NCBI GenBank assembly: GCA_048938385.1
Contig: JBHLMG010000009.1
Coordinates: 1 to 64,000, forward strand
Origin: Promethearchaeota archaeon
GTDB lineage: Archaea > Asgardarchaeota > Hermodarchaeia > Hermodarchaeales > Hermodarchaeaceae
Direction of reading: 5' to 3'
Length of the DNA: 64,000 nt
A model generated the notes under the pieces. It was given only the letters and a program-made list of their open reading frames with translations, made no database searches and was not told the origin of the DNA. The position numbers were made by a program, and so were the translations under genes. Below are positions 58,118 to 64,000 of this stretch, in pieces; position 1 is the first letter of the stretch, and each line of letters opens with the position of its first letter.

Positions 58118-59635
58118 TCACTCTTTCTTCGTATTAGGCGATTTCAACCACCAATAAGTATGAGATTTCGTATCTGCAAGTTCAAATCCTAACTCGTTAA
58201 GTTTTGTTCGAATACCATCGGCTTCTTGGTATTTGTTTTCCGCCCGAAGTTGAGCACGTTGTTGGAGTAAAGCTTCTATTAGTTGCTTTATCACAGGATC
58301 TATCTCGCTATCGATTTCTCGTTGGTAGAGGTCCCCAAACAGAATGATTCCTATCTTCGAAAAGAACGCAAGCAATGCTTGAGCAGAATTTGAACTTACA
58401 GCTGATGGTGTTTCCAACTGTCCTTGGATTCTGTTCACTAATCGAAAAAGGGTATTAATTGCTCGCCCCGTGTTAAAATCATCCAGTAAGGCTTCTTCTA
58501 TAGCTACCTCTACTTCTTGGAATGAAGTATCCTGTTCAATAGTTTTCTCAGAGGGTTCTGCGAATTCAGCAAGTGCACGAAGATGGACGAGAACTTTCCG
58601 TAACCGTTCGACTTGTTTACGAACGCGTTTAAGCTCAGCTTCTTTAAAGGTCAAGGGTTTCCGATAGTGCATTGAAAGTAAGTAAAGCCGCAATGTCGCT
58701 GCTCCAAACCGGTTCACAGCCTCTCGCACGGTGATCAGATTTCCTACCGACTTGGACATTTTCTCTCCATCGAGTTTCAGATGGCGAACATGCATCCAAT
58801 AACGAACATACGGCTTCTCGTTTGCTGCTTCACTTTGAGCGATTGAATTCTCATGATGCGGAAAGATATTATCCTCACCACCCCCCGAAATATCTAGTGT
58901 ATCTCCCAGATACTTTTTCGCCATAGCACTGCATTCAAGGTGCCAGCCTGGGCGTCCTGGACCCCACGGACTCCACCAGAAAGGCTCATCAGGTTTCGCC
59001 TGCTTCCAAAGGACAAAATCCCCCACCTGATCCTTATCGTACTCGTCTTTGTCAACCCGTCCACTTGCCCCTGCCTGAAGCTTCTGAGGATCAATCCCTG
59101 CAAGGCGACCGTACGCAGGGAATCTGCTTATCCGAAAGTACACCCCGTCGTCTGCTTCATAAGCAACTCCTTTCTCTAGAAGAGTTTGAACTAAGTGGAT
59201 CATCTCTTGTATGTGCTGTGTTGCGATAGCATAAGTAGAGGGATCTGCAATACCTAGTAGCTGTCGATCCATGTAGTAATTCCTGGTTTGACGAGTGACT
59301 AGTTGTTGGAAGGCTTCACCGCTGGCTTGAACGCGATTCAAGATGTTGTCATCGACGCTGATGTCTGTCACATTCGAGATGTGCTTGACTTCATAGCCAA
59401 GATACTGAAGAAAACGTTCAACCACATCCCAGAATATGTAAGTCCGTGCATGCCCTATGTGCATCAAGTAGTTAACTGTCAACCCACAGGTATACATACG
59501 AATCTTCCCAGGCTCAATTGGTGTGAATCTCTCCTTTTGCTTCGTCAGAGTATTGTAAATTCTAAGTGTTGATCGTCGGTTCCATTCGCTCGTTCTTGGA
59601 TGAAGGGATGTTGGAGGATTCCGCTTCGATGTCAT
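58118..59635 (-). CDS. cysS: Cysteinyl-tRNA synthetase
   Basis: YTCGLTV..HIGH, GRPGWHLECS, FPHHEN, KMSKS. Confidence 0.96.
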   Translation of the reverse strand: MTSKRNPPTSLHPRTSEWNRRSTLRIYNTLTKQKERFTPIEPGKIRMYTCGLTVNYLMHIGHARTYIFWDVVERFLQYLGYEVKHISNVTDISVDDNILNRVQASGEAFQQLVTRQTRNYYMDRQLLGIADPSTYAIATQHIQEMIHLVQTLLEKGVAYEADDGVYFRISRFPAYGRLAGIDPQKLQAGASGRVDKDEYDKDQVGDFVLWKQAKPDEPFWWSPWGPGRPGWHLECSAMAKKYLGDTLDISGGGEDNIFPHHENSIAQSEAANEKPYVRYWMHVRHLKLDGEKMSKSVGNLITVREAVNRFGAATLRLYLLSMHYRKPLTFKEAELKRVRKQVERLRKVLVHLRALAEFAEPSEKTIEQDTSFQEVEVAIEEALLDDFNTGRAINTLFRLVNRIQGQLETPSAVSSNSAQALLAFFSKIGIILFGDLYQREIDSEIDPVIKQLIEALLQQRAQLRAENKYQEADGIRTKLNELGFELADTKSHTYWWLKSPNTKKE

Positions 59636-59902
59636 GAGTACAAACCTCCGATGTCATTACTAGATACGGAATAATTACTACCTAGTAAACTACCATATAG
59701 TTGGAATAAGTATTGAGAAACTAAAATGGAGTACGGCGTCACCGAAGGGCTAGTGTTGGCAAACTAAATACCCCATGGTATTCACCAACCCAGAGAGAGT
59801 TCCTGTTTATACATAAATGTTATGTGCTCAGTAGTTATCAGAGCCCAAATAAGAGGAAGCCTTTTTTACCCACATAGTTACTGATGTACCTCCATTCCAA
59901 GA

Positions 59903-61858
59903 ATGAATACAGAGTTAATGGTGAAAGCCGTGTCACCAATGCTGTCAGCGAAAATGAGCAGTTTTATTGCGATCACACTAGATTTTGATGTTGACTCAGC
60001 ACTTCGCCTTATTGCCCAAACTGGACTCGCTCATTTTTCAGACATCAAACAAAGCAGTCGCAATCTTTCACAAGGCCTAGAACCTGTGGAACCTTCAGAA
60101 CGTTTCTATTATCTTTCCAATCTTCTAACCCGCACAACTACCCTCATCAATGATATGAAGGTCAATCGCGGTGGTAAAATTAAAAATCCTCTAAAGGTCC
60201 CTGAAATCCCTGAAGACAGCTATTTAGAATCCATCGAAACGAAACTTAAGAAAATCGAAGATGAATTCGAGGGCCATACTCGTAGCTTAGAAATAGCTGC
60301 ACGGAAAGAGGATAAAGCTTCCAAAAAAGAAGCTAAAAAACATATCAAAGAATTAACCGAAGAGAAACGTCTGGAGCTATTAGGCTGGGAAGAACTACTC
60401 AAACGTGAACACAGCTTGGAAGAGACTAAGACGCTCTTTTACAAAACAAAACGAACCTACATCATGTATGGCTGGATTCCCACTAAGAAAATTAAATCTC
60501 TGGAGAAAGCTATTGCGCAACAAAAACAAGTCTCCCTTTCCATTGAATTCGAAGCACATAAAGACAAACCAGAATCCGGTCACTATCCAGCTGATGTTGG
60601 TCCTCTCGAAGGGGAAGTTGCTCCAGAAGAACCAATTGCACCCCCGACAAAACAAACAAATCCCCGTTTTCTCCGATCCTTCCAAAACCTTACAAACGCC
60701 TTCGGATTACCCAACCACCGTGAAATTGACCCCGCTTGGTTCATGGCACTCGGATTCCCCATAATCTTCGGCCTTATGTTTGGCGACATCGGACATGGAT
60801 TACTCCTCTTCGGTTTTGCTATGATTGGTATGATAGCAAAACGCCGCAATGTTGACGCTGGTGAAATGATCAATTACTTCATTCAAGGATCTGGGCTCAT
60901 CGCACTCATCGCTCTTGTCTCGGTCTTTTTTGGAGTATTATACGGTGAATTTCTTGGTATCGATATCACTTACCTTCCCATCTACCAGGCACTCAAATAC
61001 TCACCCTTCGGGCAAGCAATGAAAAATGTCCTAGTCAACCTTTTTCTCTTCTTCGACTTTGATGGTGGAGTAAATTGGTTCCTCGACCCGCATAGTCCTT
61101 ACAACCTCTGGATCCTCGGTGATCCTCATGGTCACCCCACCCCTATCTGGTTCAGCGCCTTCGAAATGCCTGCTAACCTCCCCGCCAACATCGCCAATCC
61201 TACCTGGATCCTTTTTGTCCTCAGCATCATTATCGGCTTCATCCACCTAAGCATTGCCATTGGGTTCGATGCCATCAACAAGCTTCGCCACCGTGACTGG
61301 AAACACGCCATCTTCGGTCCCATCATCTGGCTCTATTTCCTATGGGGACTTGCCTTTATGATCTTTCAATTTGGAATTAACTTCATGGCTTGGCCACTTA
61401 TTGAAATGCTCATCGCGCTCATCCTCCCCGCTGTCATCATGTTCCTCGGAGGCATGGTCGCCTTCGGGTTCATGGATGGCTTTATGGAAGGTCTCGAGCG
61501 TCTTATCGAGAGCATCAGTAACACCATCAGTTACTCTCGAATTCTTGCCCTCAACATGGCACATGCAGGCTTCGCTAAAACCTTCATCTTTCTCGCAGGC
61601 TTTACAGGAGCTGTTGAGCTTTTTAACATCCTCGAACAACTCTTCCCCGCTGGACAACTCAATTTCGGAACCTTCCTTACATTTATTGGCATGATCATTC
61701 TTGGCACTGTCTTCGTCCTCCTCATGGAAGGCCTCCTCTCGTTCATCCATACCCTTCGTCTCCACTGGGTGGAAGCTTACCTGAAATTCTACGCAGGGAC
61801 CGGCTACGAGTACAAACCTCTCACCCTACCACAAAAATGGACGACAACGCCTACATAA
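59903..61858 (+). CDS. atpI: A/V-type ATP synthase subunit I (a)
   Basis: FGLMFGDIGHG, SNTISYSRILAL (essential Arg), HTLRLHWVE..KFY.G.G. Confidence 0.95.
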   Translation: MNTELMVKAVSPMLSAKMSSFIAITLDFDVDSALRLIAQTGLAHFSDIKQSSRNLSQGLEPVEPSERFYYLSNLLTRTTTLINDMKVNRGGKIKNPLKVPEIPEDSYLESIETKLKKIEDEFEGHTRSLEIAARKEDKASKKEAKKHIKELTEEKRLELLGWEELLKREHSLEETKTLFYKTKRTYIMYGWIPTKKIKSLEKAIAQQKQVSLSIEFEAHKDKPESGHYPADVGPLEGEVAPEEPIAPPTKQTNPRFLRSFQNLTNAFGLPNHREIDPAWFMALGFPIIFGLMFGDIGHGLLLFGFAMIGMIAKRRNVDAGEMINYFIQGSGLIALIALVSVFFGVLYGEFLGIDITYLPIYQALKYSPFGQAMKNVLVNLFLFFDFDGGVNWFLDPHSPYNLWILGDPHGHPTPIWFSAFEMPANLPANIANPTWILFVLSIIIGFIHLSIAIGFDAINKLRHRDWKHAIFGPIIWLYFLWGLAFMIFQFGINFMAWPLIEMLIALILPAVIMFLGGMVAFGFMDGFMEGLERLIESISNTISYSRILALNMAHAGFAKTFIFLAGFTGAVELFNILEQLFPAGQLNFGTFLTFIGMIILGTVFVLLMEGLLSFIHTLRLHWVEAYLKFYAGTGYEYKPLTLPQKWTTTPT

Positions 61859-61873
61859 CCCACGTGACCAATT

Positions 61874-64000
61874 ATGCTCCAACAACTCCTCCTTAACATG
61901 GGTCAAGTCTACACCGCATTTGGTGCTGTTCTCGCGGCTGGACTCGGAGCTGCAGGAGCTGCCATAGGCATCGGCTACAGTGGAAGCGCCATGATTAGCG
62001 CGGTAGCTGAAAAACCTCAATCCTTCAGTAAAAGCATGATCACAGTGGTTCTTGCTGAAGCTCTCGCTATCTATGGACTCCTCGCCAGTTTCATGCTTCT
62101 TATGCGCATCGGGACAATCACTAACGAAGCCCAAGGCCTCGTCGCTCTTGGTGCTGGACTGGCCATCGGTTTATCGTGCATTGGTGCTGGCATCGGTATC
62201 GCACGAGCAGGTAGCGCTATGGCGACAGGCACCGCAGCTGCCCCCGAAACTTTCAGCAAAGCCCTCGTCTCCGTCGTCCTCGCTGAGGCCCTTGCTATCT
62301 ATGGGCTTCTCACTAGCTTTATGCTTCTTATGCGCGTCGAAACGGCATCCTACATCGGACAAGGTCTGGTAGCAATCGCCGCAGGGTTAGGCATTGGGTT
62401 AGCAGCCCTCGGTGCTGGCGTCGGTATATCAAAAACTGGAGCAGCTCTCAACAAAGCCCTAGCTACTGCTCCTGAAACCTTCAGCAAAGGCTTAGTAGGC
62501 GTCGTGTTAGCCGAAGCCCTGGGTATCTACGGCTTGCTCTCGAGTTTCATGCTGCTCATGCGCATTGAAACCGTCACACTCCAAAGCCAAGGATTCATAG
62601 CAATCGCTGCTGCCTTCGGTGTAGGACTGGCTGCCCTTGGTGCTGGCATTGGTATCGCGTCGAGCGGGGCCTCGTTATCAGAAAGCCTGACCAAACGCCC
62701 AGAAATCTTCAGTAAGGGTTTGGTCAGCGTCGTGTTAGCCGAAGCCCTAGGTATCTACGGCTTGCTCTCGAGTTTCATGCTGCTCATGCGCATTGAAACC
62801 GCTACAGCAATCGCTCAAGGACTAGCTGGAATTGGTGCTGGATTAGCTGTCGGAATCGCAGGTTTTGGGGCTGGTATCGGTATTGCCCAAGCCGGTGGCG
62901 CACTCAGCAAAGCCCTCGTCGAAGCCCCTGAAGCCTTTAGTAAGGGTTTGGTCAGCGTCGTGTTAGCCGAAGCCCTGGGTATCTATGGGCTCTTAGCGAG
63001 CTTCATGTTGCTCATGCGCATCGAATCCGTCGCAATAGCGGCACAAGGATACCTTGCGGTTGCAGCAAGTCTAGGTGTAGGTTTAGCAGCATTCGGTGCT
63101 GGTATCGGTATCGCCTCCGCAGGAGCAGCCTTATCACAAAGCCTTGTCGATCGTCCTGAAGTATTCAGCAAGGGCTTGGTCAGCGTCGTGTTAGCCGAAG
63201 CCCTGGGTATCTATGGGCTCTTAGCGAGCTTCATGTTGCTCATGCGCATCGAATCCGTCACTGAAATCGGTCAAGGACTAGTGGGTTTATCTGCTGCACT
63301 TGCCATCGGACTTGCTGCAATTGGTGCAGGGTTTGGCATTGCCAAGGCAGGCGCGTCTATTAATAGAACACTTGTTGTCGCTCCTGAAGCCTTCAGTAAG
63401 GGTTTGGTCAGCGTCGTGTTAGCCGAAGCCCTGGGTATCTACGGGTTGTTAGCCAGCTTCATGTTGTTGATGCGTATTGAGTCGGTCACAGGGATAGGTC
63501 AAGGCTTCATGGGAATGGCAGCCGCTATCTCGGTTGGTATTGCTGGTATTGGCGCGGGTATCGGTATAGCTTTTGCAGGCCAGGCACTTTCGCAAAGCCT
63601 TGGTGAGCGGCCTGAAATCTTCAGTAAAGGTCTAATCGGCGTCGTTCTCGCTGAAGCTCTCGCCATCTATGGTTTACTGGCAGGTTTCATGTTGCTGATG
63701 CGTATCGACACGATTAACATCGATATCAGTATAGGTATGAGTCAAGGCGTCGTCGGAATTGGCGGGGGCATCGCAATTGGGCTCGCGGCATTTGGTGCGG
63801 GAATTGGCATTGCCCAAGCAGGCGCAAGCATGTCTCGCACGATCGTTCACGCTCCTGAAACCTTCAGTAAAGGCCTCGTCAGCGTAGTGTTAGCAGAGGC
63901 ACTTGGCATCTATGGATTACTAACGAGTTTCATGTTGTTAATGCGAATAGATTCTGTAACTCAAATCGGTCAAAGTATCATTGCAATTGGTGCTGGACTT
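61874..64000 (+). CDS. atpK: A/V-type ATP synthase proteolipid subunit K (c) polyprotein with at least 9 complete fused hairpins and a 10th starting; truncated by the window end
   Basis: Open frame of 709 codons from ATG 61874 with no stop; motif FSKxxxxVVLAEAL[AG]IYGLLxxFMLLMR with Glu codons at 62057, 62285, 62513, 62741, 62969, 63197, 63425, 63653, 63896. Confidence 0.93.
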   Translation, partial: MLQQLLLNMGQVYTAFGAVLAAGLGAAGAAIGIGYSGSAMISAVAEKPQSFSKSMITVVLAEALAIYGLLASFMLLMRIGTITNEAQGLVALGAGLAIGLSCIGAGIGIARAGSAMATGTAAAPETFSKALVSVVLAEALAIYGLLTSFMLLMRVETASYIGQGLVAIAAGLGIGLAALGAGVGISKTGAALNKALATAPETFSKGLVGVVLAEALGIYGLLSSFMLLMRIETVTLQSQGFIAIAAAFGVGLAALGAGIGIASSGASLSESLTKRPEIFSKGLVSVVLAEALGIYGLLSSFMLLMRIETATAIAQGLAGIGAGLAVGIAGFGAGIGIAQAGGALSKALVEAPEAFSKGLVSVVLAEALGIYGLLASFMLLMRIESVAIAAQGYLAVAASLGVGLAAFGAGIGIASAGAALSQSLVDRPEVFSKGLVSVVLAEALGIYGLLASFMLLMRIESVTEIGQGLVGLSAALAIGLAAIGAGFGIAKAGASINRTLVVAPEAFSKGLVSVVLAEALGIYGLLASFMLLMRIESVTGIGQGFMGMAAAISVGIAGIGAGIGIAFAGQALSQSLGERPEIFSKGLIGVVLAEALAIYGLLAGFMLLMRIDTINIDISIGMSQGVVGIGGGIAIGLAAFGAGIGIAQAGASMSRTIVHAPETFSKGLVSVVLAEALGIYGLLTSFMLLMRIDSVTQIGQSIIAIGAGL
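61895..64000 (+). repeat. 228-nt (76-aa) coding tandem repeat, one unit 243 nt
   Basis: Exact 228-nt spacing of the Glu codons for units 1-8; 243 nt between units 8 and 9. Confidence 0.92.

Noticed and set aside
62052-62372. Short ORFs listed over the atpK region on both strands
   Set aside because: They are shadow frames of the long c-subunit ORF starting at 61874.
61874-64000. CRISPR-like array or pure assembly-artefact explanation for the 228-nt periodic repeat
   Set aside because: Units are in frame and protein-coding, and helix-1 segments all differ with many synonymous changes. That fits neither spacers nor collapsed identical copies.
1-64000. tRNA, rRNA, CRISPR arrays, transposases, integrases
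   Set aside because: None was recognisable by eye; a tRNAscan/Infernal run would be needed to exclude small RNAs.

Overview
Gene-dense window from an anaerobic archaeon. Archaeal markers are Alba, a PDCD5-like protein, TrmI, Mtd, AOR and A/V-type ATPase subunits I and K. An Asgard-type lineage is inferred from an IPGF-type C-terminal sorting signal, Mtd, SCP2 and an E2F-like protein. I saw no rRNA, tRNA, CRISPR array or transposase. In order, it holds a bactofilin-like beta-helix protein, a bacillithiol-type bshB/bshA/bshC cluster, an E2F/DP-like winged-helix protein, a tailed Alba with a structured leader, iron/peroxide and NAD-salvage genes, several C-terminally anchored surface proteins, an SPFH/zinc-ribbon membrane module, an SCP2-ADH-AOR operon, hypD, frhB-like and mtd genes, a split complex-I-like/group-4-hydrogenase membrane cluster, cysS and the start of the ATP synthase operon. 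Three items stand out. (1) An ORF missing from the supplied track (61874 to beyond 64000) encodes an ATP synthase c/K subunit of at least 9 complete fused hairpins plus the start of a 10th. Every complete hairpin keeps the ion-binding Glu, so the rotor ring is probably one polypeptide. (2) A protein carries the RRxYD signature of eukaryotic E2F/DP transcription factors, with E2F-site-like motifs in its own upstream region. (3) An apparently complete bacillithiol pathway is present in an archaeon. All family calls come from motif recognition by eye; no searches were run.
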